Assembly (NCBI GenBank): GCA_964016885.1 | Contig: OZ024764.1 | Location: 10,416,001 to 10,480,000 of the forward strand | Source of the DNA: Eledone cirrhosa | Lineage: Eukaryota | DNA: 64,000 nucleotides | Direction of reading: 5' to 3' | In this document: in pieces, positions 13,915 through 27,207 of the stretch | Layout of the letters: each line of letters begins with the position of its first letter | Numbering within the stretch: position 1 is the stretch's first letter | The notes under the pieces: model-generated | Told to the model about the DNA's origin: nothing | The model's database searches: none | The model's input: the letters and a program-made list of their open reading frames with translations, nothing else | Program-made: the position numbers and the translations under genes

Positions 13915-15043
13915 CTGGGGCACAGGAAATAAAACAAAAGAAATAACAGTATCAATAATGATAATAATAACAATAATAACTAATAATTGTTTCTACTTTT
14001 GGCACAAGGCCAGCAATTACTCACCAGTGTATTACTGGTACTTTATTTTATCGACCCTGTAAGGATGAAAGGCAAAGTTAAATAATTGTTTCTACTTTTG
14101 GCGCAAGGCCAGCAATTATCCCAGTGCATTACTGGTACTTTATTTTATCTATATATACTATTATATTTTCATGGTAAAGGCTTTACCTCACATAATATCT
14201 CACATAACATTTACATTACTCTATATATACTATTGTATTTTCACAGTAAAGGCTTTACCTCACATAATATCTACATTACTCTATATTTACTATTGTATTG
14301 TCACAGTAAAGGCTTTACCTCACATAATATCTCATAATATCTCCTATAACATTTACATTACTCTATATATACTATTGTATTTTCACAGTAAAGGCTTTAC
14401 CTCACATAACATTTACATTACTCTATATATACTATTGTATTGTCACAGTAAAGGCTTTACCTCACATAATATCTCACATAACATTTACATTACTCTATAT
14501 ATACTATTGTATTGTCACAGTAAAGGCTTTACCTCACATAATATCTCACATAACATTTACATTACTCTATATATACTATTGTATTTTCATGGTAAAGGCT
14601 TTACCTCACATAATATCTCACATAACATTTACATTACTCTATATATACTATTGTATTTTCACAGTAAAGTCTTTACCTCACATAATATCTCCTATAGCAT
14701 TTACATTACTCTATATATACTATTGTATTTTCACAGTAAAGGCTTTACCTCACATAATATCTCGCATAATATCGAATCTATGAGATTTTGATATTATCTA
14801 TTTTGAGAACAATACCTAAACATCAGTATGAACAACCAGTTACAGCCGGTTTGAGCAGAAAGAGGTGAGAGAATTCTGGCAAGATATGGCTGGTTTAAAT
14901 ACTAAAGGATTAAAGTGGGGATAGTTTTGCTTCACAGGTTCAGAACTGGTTTTGGCCGGGTTGACAACGAAAGGGTTGAGATCTAGTGCCGTGAACATGT
15001 ATGATAAGTAAATGCCATGAACATGTATAAAGCAACAACTCAC

Positions 15044-15155
15044 CTTGTGGTACAGATATTTAGGAAGAAGACAAATACACTGAACACTATAAACTCTGCG
15101 CCAATTGTTAGTTTACGACCAATTCTGTCAATGATGAAAATTGTGAAGATCAAAC
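15044..15155 (-). CDS. SVOP: SVOP exon with second MFS motif A
   Basis: tttcag|GT...AG|gtgagt, 112 nt. LIFTIFIIDRIGRKLTIGAEFIVFSVFVFFLNICTT(R). Confidence 0.95.
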
Positions 15156-15780
15156 CTGAAAATATACATACATGTTGATATATACACATACATGTTGATA
15201 TATACACATACATGTTGATATATACATACTCGATTTCTACAGCTGGATGCCCTTCCTAACACCAACCTCATTTACAGTGAGTGTTGGGTGCTTTTTTGCC
15301 GTGGCACCCCCACGACCACTTTGCAGTGGAATGATAGGGACCCCAGTCCCTATCATCTCATTTCTACAGCTGAGTAAACTGGAGCAATGTGAAATAAAGT
15401 GTCTTGCTCAAGGAAACAACACATCACCCGGTCTGAGAATTGAACTCACAACCTTTCGATTGCAAGGCCAATGCTCTAACCACTAAGCCATGAGCCTCCA
15501 TTACATTTGTATATACATCGCTATTTCAGAGCACCAACACAAATATATATATATCATCATCATCATCATCACTGTTTTACGCTAAAATAATGTTGTCTCT
15601 GATTGAGACGAAGTGAGACTGTATTTGATTAAATACATATAAAAATGAGAAAACTCATTTATATAAATTCAATCAAATACACTCTTGTCTGGGGTTCTGC
15701 AGTCGGGTAGAGAAGGAAGCTGGGCAGCTATTTATATCTAACACCCTGTGGAACTGTCCGATATATACATATATATATAT

Positions 15781-17940
15781 ACTAGCTATACTAGCCGAAT
15801 TACCCGCACCTTGCTGCGTTTCACACATTTTTTTTTGTAAGAAAATGATGATTGATTATAAATCAGTGATATAATTTATGGCGAAAAACCCTGCATTTCA
15901 ATATTACTCAATGTAAAATGTAATGTATGAAAAATTGAAAAACATTATTTTTTTGTAATAAAGATAGACGGTAGCCACGGAGTAGGCAGACCCAGAAAAA
16001 CCTGGGACGACCTGATAAACTCCGACCTCACACACTTATACCTCTCCAAGACAATGTCACTGGACCGAGATCTTTGGCGGCACTCAGTAATAGAGAAGAC
16101 ACGCCTTACCTAAAACCTACTACAGTCAGTAGGCATCTCTAACAAAATACACCCCCGTCCCACCACCCCCACCCATCCACACCGCCCCTTTCAATGTAAA
16201 GTTATGTTGGTGCCACAACATCCAGGCCGAAACAAATGAGATCGTGTAGGTGTCACGACAAAAAAACACACAGTCCACGCTGTAATGTGGCCGTGTAGGT
16301 AACACGGTAAAAACCTCCCAGCCCCACACTGTAAATGTGGTTGGTGTTAGGAAGGGCATCCAGCTGTAGAAAACCCGCCAGACAGTCCACGCTGTAATGT
16401 GGCCGTGTAGGTAACACGGTAAAAACCTCCCAGCCCCACACTGTAAATGTGGTTGGTGTTAGGAAGGGCATCCAGCTGTAGAAAACCCGCCAGACAGTCC
16501 ACGCTGTAATGTGGCCGTGTAGGTAACACGGTAAAAACCTCCCAGCCCCACACTGTAAATGTGGTTGGTGTTAGGAAGGGCATCCAGCTGTAGAAAACCC
16601 GCCAGACAGTCCACGCTGTAATGTGGCTGTGTAGGTAACACGGTAAAAACCTCCCAGCCCCACACTGTAAATGTGGTTGGTGTTAGGAAGGGCATCCAGC
16701 TGTAGAAAACCCGCCAGACAGTCCACGCTGTAATGTGGCCGTGTAGGTAACACGGTAAAAACCTCCCAGCCCCACACTGTAAATGTGGTTGGTGTTAGGA
16801 AGGGCATCCAGCTGTAGAAAACCCGCCAGACAGTCCACGCTGTAATGTGGCTGTGTAGGCAACACGGTAAAAACCTCCCAGCCCCACACTGTAAATGTGG
16901 TTGGTGTTAGGAAGGGCATCCAGCCGTAGAAAACCCGCCAGACAGTCCACGCTGTAATGTGGCCGTGTAGGCAACACGGTAAAAACCTCCCAGTCCCACA
17001 CTGTAAATGTGGTTGGTGTTAGGAAGGGCATCCAGCTGTAGAAAACCCGCCAGACAGTCCACGCTGTAATGTGGCTGTGTAGGTAACACGGTAAAAACCT
17101 CCCAGCCCCACACTGTAAATGTGGTTGGTGTTAGGAAGGGCATCCAGCTGTAGAAAACCCGCCAGACAGTCCACGCTGTAATGTGGCCGTGTAGGTAACA
17201 CGGTAAAAACCTCCCAGCCCCACACTGTAAATGTGGTTGGTGTTAGGAAGGGCATCCAGCTGTAGAAAACCCGCCAGACAGTCCACGCTGTAATGTGGCT
17301 GTGTAGGCAACACGGTAAAAACCTCCCAGCCCCACACTGTAAATGTGGTTGGTGTTAGGAAGGGCATCCAGCTGTAGAAAACCCGCCAGACAGTCCTATG
17401 CGAGCAAGACAACCACTCTTGCCTCAAGTGGGAAAACCCCTGTCCAAACCCATGCAAACGTGGGACATGGACGTTAAACGATGATGATGATGATGATGAT
17501 GAGGATGATGATGATGATGATTATTTTTTGTAATATATCAAATCAAAATTACATTAAATCTTATTTTGTTTCTTGTAAATAATTTTTTTCAAAATATCGA
17601 TTCAAAACTTTTGTGAATAGGCATCATATCTTGTCATTTACCTATGGTTTCATATAAACAGAAGGGGAAAAATTTTCAGTGCGGGTTTGTGCCTCCAGGG
17701 AACCCTATTAGGGTGTCTTAATATTATTGAAATTTGCTGAAAAGGGAAAAAATGTTTAGCGGGGGTTTTGTGCCCCCGGGGAACGCTTTGATTAAAATGA
17801 AATATACTTATCCAAGTACCGTGGGCAATGTAGTTTCAGAATATATATGGTTATGGGGGGGGGGGTGTCTATCTCCAAAACCATAGGAGGAGTTCATGAA
17901 CAAACAAACAGACAGGAACTACAACTTTATATATATTTAT
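15781..17940. mobile_element. Helentron/DINE-1-like non-autonomous element interrupted by the RTE above
   Basis: Start actagc...acccgcaccttgctgcg and end ggaggagtt...aacaaacaaacagac...ctttatatatat resemble HINE/DINE-1 termini. Recognised from memory only. Confidence 0.45.
15955..17520 (+). mobile_element. RTE 3' end with 112-bp tandem array (~10 copies) in the 3' UTR
   Basis: Matches 48225-48885; the period of 112 is visible in the repeated ORFs. Confidence 0.85.
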
Positions 17941-18100
17941 ATATGGTGCAGATGACACTGATGATAACAAGAGAGAGGGAGAGAGAGTGAGGGAGGGAGA
18001 GAGAGAGAGAGAGAGTGAGGGAGGGAGAGAGAGAGAGAGAGAGAGGAAGAGGGAGAAAAGGGGGTGGAGGTGATTTATAAAATATAAAGGTGACACTGAC

Positions 18101-18211
18101 CAGGAAATTCAGCAACAGTTGTCCAGAGGAGATCGATATAATCCGATTTGGACAGCATCTTACACTCAAGTGGACAGTGAGGTTCTGCCCTGAAGAGAGT
18201 CTTGTTACCTA
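18101..18211 (-). CDS. SVOP: SVOP exon (luminal loop-TM8); alternative acceptor possible at 18208
   Basis: tttttag|TAG GT...CCT G|gtcagt, 111 nt. (I)[36 protein letters not shown](G). Confidence 0.92.
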
Positions 18212-18429
18212 CTAAAAAGAGAGATTTATATATATATATATATATATATACATATTGTTATACTTTGGGAGGGTCATGTTGCCAATAAGAAACACACGCA
18301 CCAGTTGCTTTCACTTCAATTTATTATATATTTATAAATTTATAAATTTATAAATTTATAAATTTACAAATTTACAAACTTATAAATTTCTGGTTGGTTG
18401 GTTCCACAACCAGATAGTTGTTTATATAT

Positions 18430-18474
18430 AGTCATAGTCCTTTCGTCACACACTCTGTGACCTCTTCAGTGACT
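18430..18474 (-). ncRNA. Minimal type-I hammerhead ribozyme motif
   Basis: AGUCA-CUGAAGA-G-GUCACA/UGUGAC-GAAAG-GA-CUA^-UGACU. Confidence 0.75.
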
Positions 18475-18683
18475 GGGGATTCCTTTCTTCGTTTCTGTGC
18501 CTTTCCTTTCTTCTATCCTACGCCATTTTGTTTCTGTGTGTGTGTTGTGTGCTCAGTTTGCGCATGCGCCACATCCGGTTTCTTATTGGCAACATGACCC
18601 TCCCAAAGTATAACAATATCGGTTTCAACACACGATTTCAGATAAAGAATCTTGCTAAACAAATTCAGAAACGAAATACATAT

Positions 18684-18724
<41 letters not shown>

Positions 18725-18879
18725 TATAAGAATTAAAATACTAGAGTGTGTTGGAGTTAAACACCCTCTTCGTATTATAGAAATGACAGTAAAAGGTATA
18801 GCTCAATGTAATTAAACAGAGCCGAAGAATTATAAAAAATAAACCAAAGAAGCCTTCAATACATCAAAAGTCTTTATTA

Positions 18880-18917
18880 GCCAACAATGTTTCGTCCTAT
18901 TAAGGACTCATCAGGGC
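18880..18917 (-). ncRNA. Minimal type-I hammerhead ribozyme motif
   Basis: GCC-CUGAUGA-GUCCU/AGGAC-GAAAC-AUU-GUU^-GGC followed by AAUAAA. Confidence 0.75.
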
Positions 18918-19281
18918 AAGTAAAGCTACAAGAAGCACTATCGGCCAATACAAGACTAAACTCAGAAGAATATGGAGTATACATCTATTAAAGCCTAGGA
19001 AGGATATCAAGGAAAAGTTGGCTAAGAGTAAGAGTGAGCAGTTACAAACATAGATATAGACCAAATAGCAAGGAAGTGATTAACATATATATATATATAT
19101 ATAGGAACAAGTATGACCCCGACGGCAGAGCTGAAGCTGTTTCGACGGCTATTTCTGGACTAAATTTTTTTATTTATTCCAGAAATAGCCGTCGAAACGG
19201 CTTGAGCTCTGCCGTCGGTGTCATACTTTTTCCTATATATATATATATATAGTTATGTAATAAACAAAATAAGGCAATTAT

Positions 19282-19339
19282 TCCATTTACCAGTGGTTTC
19301 TTAAAAGCAAAAGATTTTGCTTTCAATCCTCAGAATGAA
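19282..19339 (-). ncRNA. Hammerhead motif (inverted mate of 19425-19482)
   Basis: Reverse complement of the + strand copy, in the opposite arm of the 19253-19513 palindrome. Confidence 0.7.
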
Positions 19340-19424
19340 AAAAATCCTGGTCTGTTTATTGAATTTGGATTTTTAAAATACCTGGTTTTTTAAAATCCAA
19401 ATTCAATAAACAGACCAGGATTTT

Positions 19425-19482
19425 TTCATTCTGAGGATTGAAAGCAAAATCTTTTGCTTTTAAGAAACCACTGGTAAATGGA
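19425..19482 (+). ncRNA. Minimal type-I hammerhead ribozyme motif
   Basis: UUCAUU-CUGAGGA-UUGAAAGCAAAA/UUUUGCUUUUAA-GAAAC-CACUG-GUA^-AAUGGA. Confidence 0.7.
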
Positions 19483-19632
19483 ATAATTGCCTTATGTTGT
19501 TTATTACATAACTATTAAGCTCTGTTACCTACATAGAGCACTCGTTTTTCCTGGACTTTTCCGACGGAATTACTTCACATATATATATATATATATATAG
19601 TAATAATAATAAATTTGAAGACTAAAATCCAA

Positions 19633-19685
<53 letters not shown>

Positions 19686-20410
19686 TATATATATTAGTCC
19701 AGAATTAGCCGTCGAAACGGCTTGAGCTCAGCCGTCGGGGTCCTACTCGTTCCTATTACCCACTCTACTACCCTAAGTATTGAGTACTTTGGTGCGTTAT
19801 GGTCCATCTGGTTCCGTCCCACATTTCCTTTGTTATATATATATATTACATTCATTTGATTTATTGATCTATTGATTTTTAATCTGAGTGTCCCGAATCT
19901 TCCAGATCGCAATTTTTCGGTTGTATGGTTGATTATAGACTTGTTCTATGTGAGACGGTATTTTAACGATAGTTATAGCTCTGATTTATCTAAATTATTG
20001 AGCCCTCTGCCGCTCATATCGAATTTTGTTTATCGTGAATTCGTGTGCCGATTTTTCGATACTCGATTATTCTACTATATATATATATATACATATATAG
20101 GATTTAAGAATGACCTGTAGTATCTATTTCACACTATTAACCTTATTTGAAAATATATCTGACCAAGAATGCCTTTTGTGTAAATCAGTCATGTGGAACT
20201 ATTGTCATCTTGCCTGATGGTTTGAACCTTACAGAACCACCTGCCTCTTTGAGGTCAAATACCAACCTACTACCATCTACAAACTGACCAATGAGAATCA
20301 AGACTATTCCTGCTGACAACATCAAAATATTCCTAACAAGCTCATATGTCCCAAGGCTCTGATACCATCAACACCATACACACAGAGCTGGCATATCTAA
20401 GAACTGACTA

Positions 20411-20466
20411 ACTGCCTGATGAGGTCATAGCCATTCAATGGCTATCATCGAAATTTATGTAGCAGT
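20411..20466 (+). ncRNA. Minimal type-I hammerhead ribozyme motif
   Basis: ACUGC-CUGAUGA-stem II (AUAGCCA/UGGCUAU)-GAAAU-UUAU-GUA^-GCAGU then AAUAAA. Same family as 941-997, with compensatory stem II changes. Confidence 0.78.
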
Positions 20467-21134
20467 AAATAAAGGATTATGAGTTCATGCAATTGACTTA
20501 TGTTTCGTCACTATATATACATATATATATATATATACATATATATATATGCATATATGCATATATATATATACATACATATATATATATATATACATAT
20601 ATACATTTTATTACATATATTTACCCAAACTGCGATTCTGTTTTTTTCTCTCTCTCTCTCTTACTGCTCCCCCATTCTCTCTGTTTCTCCTACTTTCTTT
20701 CGCCCCCTCTGTCATGTCAGTTAACTCTTCCTCACACTTCCACTCACTCACTCACTGTTTCTCCTCTCCTCACTTCACCCCGTTCGCGAAGAAAGCAATT
20801 TCTCTCTTTTCTCACATTGCATTCGTTCGTGAAAGGTCTTTTTTCTAAGCGCTCATATATTCACCCAGCTTATGCTAACAGAATAACTATGAAGCTTGTC
20901 TCCTTCCTTCTATGGTTAGCTCTCCTCTTTGTTGTTTTCTTGTCTCACTCGCTTTACGCGTTTTAATTGTCCTAATAACTTAATTTAGTTATTATTGCAC
21001 CGACGTGAGGTATATGATTTTTAATGCAATGAAATATCTATGATCGTCGGCAAATCACTGATGAGGGACTTATTTTATTACATGTTATCCATGTGCTACC
21101 AGCAGTATTTTTCTCCCCATTTTATTATATATAT

Positions 21135-21725
21135 ATCATCATCATCATCATCATCACCGTTTTACGTCCGTTCTTCCACGCTAGCATGGGTTAGACGGGT
21201 TGTCCTGTTGTGGGCAGTGTCTGGTCGGCTGACCATGCCTTGCTCATACAGGAACTGATCTGGCTTGATTTCTACAGCTGGATGCCCTTCCTAACACCAA
21301 CCTCATTTACAGTGAGTGCTGGGTGCTTTTTCGTGGCGCCTACACGTCCACTTTACAGTGTGGGCTGGGTGCTTTTTTGCCGTGGCACCTCCACGACCAC
21401 CTTGCGGTGGGGGGGGGGGGGGCATATTGTTTATATGCTTCAGCATGTACCCATGGGAGGTCGGGTACCCTGTATTACTGCGTGACGCCAGAAGTCACGG
21501 TCGTGTGTCATTGACTTTGAGAGGTGTAGTTGGGTAAGGTCGGCTTTTATCACCTCATCCCAAGTCATCTTGGGTCTCCCCACTCCGCGGTTTCCATCAA
21601 CTTCTAGTGCTCTGCACCTTTTTATGCAGCTGTCATCCTTCATACGCATCACATGTCCATACCAGCGTAACCGCCTCTCCTGCACGCAGCATTTGATTCC
21701 TCTTATGCTCAGTCTCTCTCTCAAG
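21135..21725 (-). mobile_element. RTE-clade LINE 3' end with 3' UTR
   Basis: RRLRWYGHVMRM...GRPKMTW...DRDFWR; (GAT)n tail. Confidence 0.85.
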
Positions 21726-21832
21726 AGAGATATATGTATATATATATATATATGTATATATATATACATCTCTCTCTATATAAAAATAAAATAACAGGAG
21801 GCTGGACTGGTGTAATTCCTTAAAGGTTTATT

Positions 21833-21890
21833 ATACTATGATCATTTCAGTGACCGGGTTCTGTATGAATCTGGTGACATCATCAGGTAT
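21833..21890 (-). ncRNA. Minimal type-I hammerhead ribozyme motif
   Basis: AUAC-CUGAUGA-stem II-GAAAU-GAUC-AUA^-GUAU then AAUAAA; palindromic stem III AUGAUCAU. Confidence 0.72.
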
Positions 21891-22629
21891 TCGAAATATA
21901 ACAAAGGAATATAACAGATAAAATCCATGGGGCTGAAAAGCAGAGACATGAGGGCGGCCGAATATTTAGCAGCTTCTAGCTCGGTCGGCAGTCCTCAAGT
22001 GAGGATTATTTATTCTTCTTATGTCCTTCTGGTGAAGGGGCATAGGCTTATAGTGTACTACTACCACCCCGTCATAAACAGAGGCCAGCGGTGGGATCAG
22101 GTTACATTCCAGCTGGTCTGAAGTGCTAGAAAGTGCTACAAAATATATTTTTTCAAAAACCATATATCTTTAATAAAGCTATATATAGTGGACGTCTGCA
22201 CAGTACATTGTAGGGTCAGAAATTGATAGAGAACATCATCATCATCATCACCGTTTTACGTCCGTTCTTCCACGCTAGCATGGGTTAGACGGGTTGTCCT
22301 GTTGTGTGCAGTGTCTGGTCGGCCGACCATGCCTTGCTCATACAGGAACTGATTTGGCTTGGTTTCTACAGCTGGATGCCCTTCCTAACACCAACCTCAT
22401 TTACAGTGAGTGCTGGGTGCTTTTTAGCTGTGGCACCTACACGTCCACTTTACAGTGTGGGCTGAGTGCTTTTTTTCCGTGGCACCTCCACGACCACCTT
22501 GCGGTGGGGGGTGTGGGGGCATATTGTCTATATGCTTCAGCTTGTACCCATGGGAGGTCGGGTACTCTGTATTACAGCGTGACGCCAGAAGTCACGGTCG
22601 TGTGTCATTGTCTTTGTTATGTCATTGTC

Positions 22630-23258
22630 TAAGTTATGTTTTTCGTGGTCTTCCTCTGCTGCATCTTCCTTCCACTGGGATTTCTTGCCACTTCTTTACC
22701 CAGATAGATAGAGAACATGTCCAAGTTATGTTTTTTGTGGTCTTCCTCTTCTGTGTCTTCCTTCCACTGGGATTTCTTGCCACTTCTTTACCCAGATAGA
22801 TAGAGAACATGTCCAAGTTATGTTTCCCGTGGTCTTCCTCTTCTGTGTCTTCCTTCCACTGGAATTTCTTGGCACTTCTTTACCCAGATAGATAGAGAAC
22901 ATGTCTAAGTTATGTTTTTTGTGGTCTTCCTCTACTGTGTCTTCCTTCCACTGGGATTTCTTGCCACTTCTTTACCCAGATAGATAGAGAATATGTCCAA
23001 ATTATGTTTCCCATGGTCTTCCTCTTCTGTGTCTTCCTTCCACTGGAATTTCTTGGCACTTCTTTACCCAGATAGATAGAGAACATGTCTAAGTTATGTT
23101 TTTTGTGGTCTTCCTCTACTGTGTCTTCCTTCCACTGGGATTTCTTGCCACTTCTTTACCCAGATAGATAGAGAACATGTCCAAGTTATGTTTTCCGTGG
23201 TCTTCCTCTATTGTGTCTTCCTTCCACTGGGATTTCTTTACACTTCTTTACCCAGATA
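22630..23258. repeat. ~92-bp tandem array derived from RTE coding sequence
   Basis: The minus strand repeats WVKKCQEIPVEGR..RGRPRKT. Confidence 0.85.
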
Positions 23259-23365
23259 GTTATGTGTAGCAGACAGATGGACAGACAGACAGACAGACAG
23301 GCAGACATAGAACAAAGAAGAGAAAAGATATAAAAACCTAAATCCAAGTAAGAAGGAGAACTTAC

Positions 23366-23442
23366 TAGCACAGTTACTTCCAGATTCAAACAGTTCCGTT
23401 GTCATAAGAATTACACCGAAATAACAGAAACTGTTGGAGAAC
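23366..23442 (-). CDS. SVOP: SVOP exon (TM7)
   Basis: gtag|G TTC...GCT A|gtaagt, 77 nt. FSNSFCYFGVILMTTELFESGSNCA. Confidence 0.94.
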
Positions 23443-23464
23443 CTACAACACAGGAAATATACCA

Positions 23465-23518
<54 letters not shown>

Positions 23519-23521
<3 letters not shown>

Positions 23522-23880
23522 AATATCTTTAAGTCGTTTGGAAGCCTCGACAATGCAAATGGGTACATCTCCGGGTAACAAGATCCGGTGGTGGAGAGAG
23601 AGAGATGTAAGTGGGTGTACGTTGAGATGCGTGGTGTGTATAAGATGTGTAAATGTGTAAATGTATTAAATCTCTCCCAAGGTAACGCTCTCTTGTGTTG
23701 TTTTTTTTATTTTATCCTTTATACTCTTCCCTTCTTTCTTCTACACATTTACACATCTTATACACACCACGCATCTCAACGTACACCCACTTACATCTCT
23801 CTCTCCACCACCGGATCTTGTTACCCGGAGATTTACCCATTTGCATTGTCGAGGCTTCCAAATGGCTTAAAGATATTTAC
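23519..23880. repeat. ~135-bp-arm inverted repeat
   Basis: gtaaatatctttaag...tgtaaatgtgta pairs with tacacatttaca...cttaaagatatttac. Confidence 0.75.
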
Positions 23881-24064
23881 CTTATTATTCCACAATGCTT
23901 CAAGCAAACTTCAATACTCTCATATATATAATATTATTCAAAATGTTAACAAATAGAAAATATTATCATAAACAAAATATATATTGTATTATACATATTT
24001 CAAAGGTACTATGATGTTTAAGTACGTTTTCATCAGACAAAATATATGATTTGATATGTGACAT

Positions 24065-25076
24065 ACACTCCATCAGGCATCTACCAAACTCTGAACACCT
24101 TGGTTCCCTGGGCATGGATACATTGAAGCTCCGACGCCTGGCAACTGACTTGGTAAACACCCACAAAATTGTTAACCATCTTGCCAACAACAACTCTGAG
24201 TACCTTTTTGATTTCCATGTCTCTAACACGCGTGGACATGCCCACAAATTTCAGAAAACAGCACAGTTCCCATGACTTTCGAAAACATTTTTTCACGCTC
24301 AGCGTTGCTGAAGCATGGAACAAACTCCCTGCTTCAGTTGTTAGCTGTCGAGACACTGCATCCTTTAAGGCCTCCATGGGACAAACTACCTGCTTCAGTT
24401 GTTAGCTGTCGAGACACTGCATCCTTTAAAACCTCCATCAGTTGTTAGCTGTCGAGACACTGCATCCTTTAAAACCTTCATTGAACAAACTCCCTGCTTC
24501 AGTTGTTAGCTGTCGAGACACTGCATCCTTTAAGGCCTCCATGGGACAAACTACCTGCTTCAGTTGTTAGCTAAAGAGACACTGCATCCTTTAAAACCTC
24601 CATGGGACAAACTACCTGCATCAGTTGTTAGCTGTCGAGACACTGCATCCTTTAAAATCTCCATCAGTTGTTAGCTGTCGAGACACTGCATCCTTTAAAA
24701 CCTTCATTGAACAAACTCCCTGCTTCAGTTGTTAGCTGTCGAGACACTGCATCCTTTAAGGCCTCCATGGGACAAACTACCTGCTTCAGTTGTTAGCTAA
24801 AGAGACACTGCATCCTTTAAAACCTCCATGGGACAAACTACCTGCATCAGTTGTTAGCTGTCGAGACACTGCATCCTTTAAGGCCTCCATGCTTCCCGAG
24901 ATCCGCCAACACTACAGCTAATGTTCCCCCTCCATACACATACACACACGTATACCATGACTCATACACTATTCACTTCCCTGACATTCGTGTATTATTC
25001 TATGTACTATACATGCACCTTTGACGAGTTGTAGTGCACCTGAGCACTTTACACAATAATTTCATTATTATTATTA
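24065..25076 (+). mobile_element. CR1 LINE 3' end with tandem array and (ATT)n tail
   Basis: LKLRRLATDL...AWNKLP; the 3' UTR matches 6735-6890. Confidence 0.85.
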
Positions 25077-25502
25077 TACCGCTACGGTTTTGATTATTCA
25101 ATTCCAATATTGGCAGTGATTTATTTCATCAAATCTCAACGTTTTTATACCACAAGTAGTAATATGATAAACTTAAAGAAGAAAAGGACGTAGGGCAAGT
25201 TAGAAATATAAGAGGGGGGATGCAAAGAAGAGGAAAAGGCAAGAAATAAATAAATAAAATAAATAAATAAATGAATAAATAAATAAATAAATGGATGAAT
25301 GAATAATGAAGAAAAGAAATATATAAAAGAAAAGAGAAATAAAGGCAAAAGAGAGGGAAGGTGTCGGGAGAGTAGAAAGAAACGAAGGGGAATAAAGAAA
25401 AGGGAAGAAAAAGAAGAAAACGTGCTTTTAATCTATTGTAATATAGCATTCGTTGAGTAAGCAACGAACCATATAAACTTTGATTATATATATATAGATA
25501 TG

Positions 25503-25593
<91 letters not shown>

Positions 25594-25674
25594 GTATATA
25601 TATACATATATATATACATATATATGTATATATATACATATATATGTATATATATACATATATACATATATATG

Positions 25675-25722
<48 letters not shown>

Positions 25723-25743
25723 CATATATATACATACATATAT

Positions 25744-25777
<34 letters not shown>

Positions 25778-25879
25778 ACATATATATACATATATATGTA
25801 TATATATATATATATACATATATATACATATATATGTATATATATATATATACATATATATACATACATATACATATAT

Positions 25880-25913
<34 letters not shown>

Positions 25914-26041
25914 ATAAAACGAAGGAAATGTGGTAAGGAACCAAGTGGACCATAACGCACCAAAGTACTCAATACTTAGGGTAGTAGAGTGGGTAATAGG
26001 AACATATGTATATATATATACATATATATACATACATATAC

Positions 26042-26087
<46 letters not shown>

Positions 26088-26102
26088 TTATATATAGATA
26101 TA

Positions 26103-26171
<69 letters not shown>

Positions 26172-26424
26172 GTATATATATATATGTATATATATGTATA
26201 TATATATATGTATATATATGTATATGTATATGAATATATATATATATACAAAGTGTTAAAACAATCAAATCTTAGTTTAATACATTTATTTGCTGACAGT
26301 TGTTTCTTTCAGAGGGATGTCTGGGATCATTGGAGTATGGGGAATGTCTAAACAGGTGATTAAAATCCTAGTCTTCAGAACATTCAGGTAGATACATAAG
26401 TGTTGTTGTGTGTGTGTGTGTGTG

Positions 26425-26439
<15 letters not shown>

Positions 26440-26455
<16 letters not shown>

Positions 26456-27195
26456 GAAATTATTGTGTAAAGTGCTCAGGTGCACTACAACTCGTCAATA
26501 TAGTACATAGAATAATACACAAATGTCAGGGAAGTACATGTGTGTATGTGTTAGCTGTAGTGTTGGCGGATCTCGGGAAGCATGGAGGCCTTAAAGGATG
26601 CAGTGTCTCGACAGCTAACAACTGATGCAGGTAGTTTGTTCCATGGAGGCCTTAAAGGATGCAGTGTCTCGACAGCTAACAACTGATGCAGGTAGTTTGT
26701 TCCATGGAGGTTTTAAAGGATGCAGTGTCTCGACAGCTAACAACTGATGCAGGTAGTTTGTTCCATGGAGGTTTTAAAGGATGCAGTGTCTCGACAGCTA
26801 ACAACTGATGCAGGTAGTTTGTTCCATGCTTCAGCATCTCTGAGCGTGAAAAAATGTTTCCGAAAGTCATGGGAACTGTGCTGTTTTCTTACTTTGTGGG
26901 CATGTCCACGTGTGTTAGACACATGGAAATCGAAAAGGCACTCAGGGTTGTTGTTGGCAACATGGTTAACAATTTTGTGGGTGTTTACCAAGTCAGTTGC
27001 CAGGCGTCGGAGCTTCAATGAATCCATGCCCAGGGAAGCAAGGCGCTCAGAGTATGGTAGATGCCTGATGGAGGGTATTCGCTTGGTTGCACGTCTCTGA
27101 ACAGTTTCCAGGCGGTCAATGTCCTGAGCAAGATAGGGGTTCCAGACTGGTGATGCAAATTCTAAGTGTGGTCGCACCATAGCTGTATACAGCCT
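26440..27195 (-). mobile_element. CR1 LINE 3' end
   Basis: LYTAMVRPHLEFASPVWNPY...AWNKLP; 61-bp repeats; (ATT)n tail. Confidence 0.88.
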
Positions 27196-27207
27196 TATAT
27201 ATATATA

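Larger units (their letters stand above)
19253..19578. mobile_element. Inverted-repeat Penelope-like remnant; second copy at 45991-46283
   Basis: Perfect ~130-bp arms, each carrying a hammerhead; shared tail ...ccgacggaattacttca. Confidence 0.65.
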
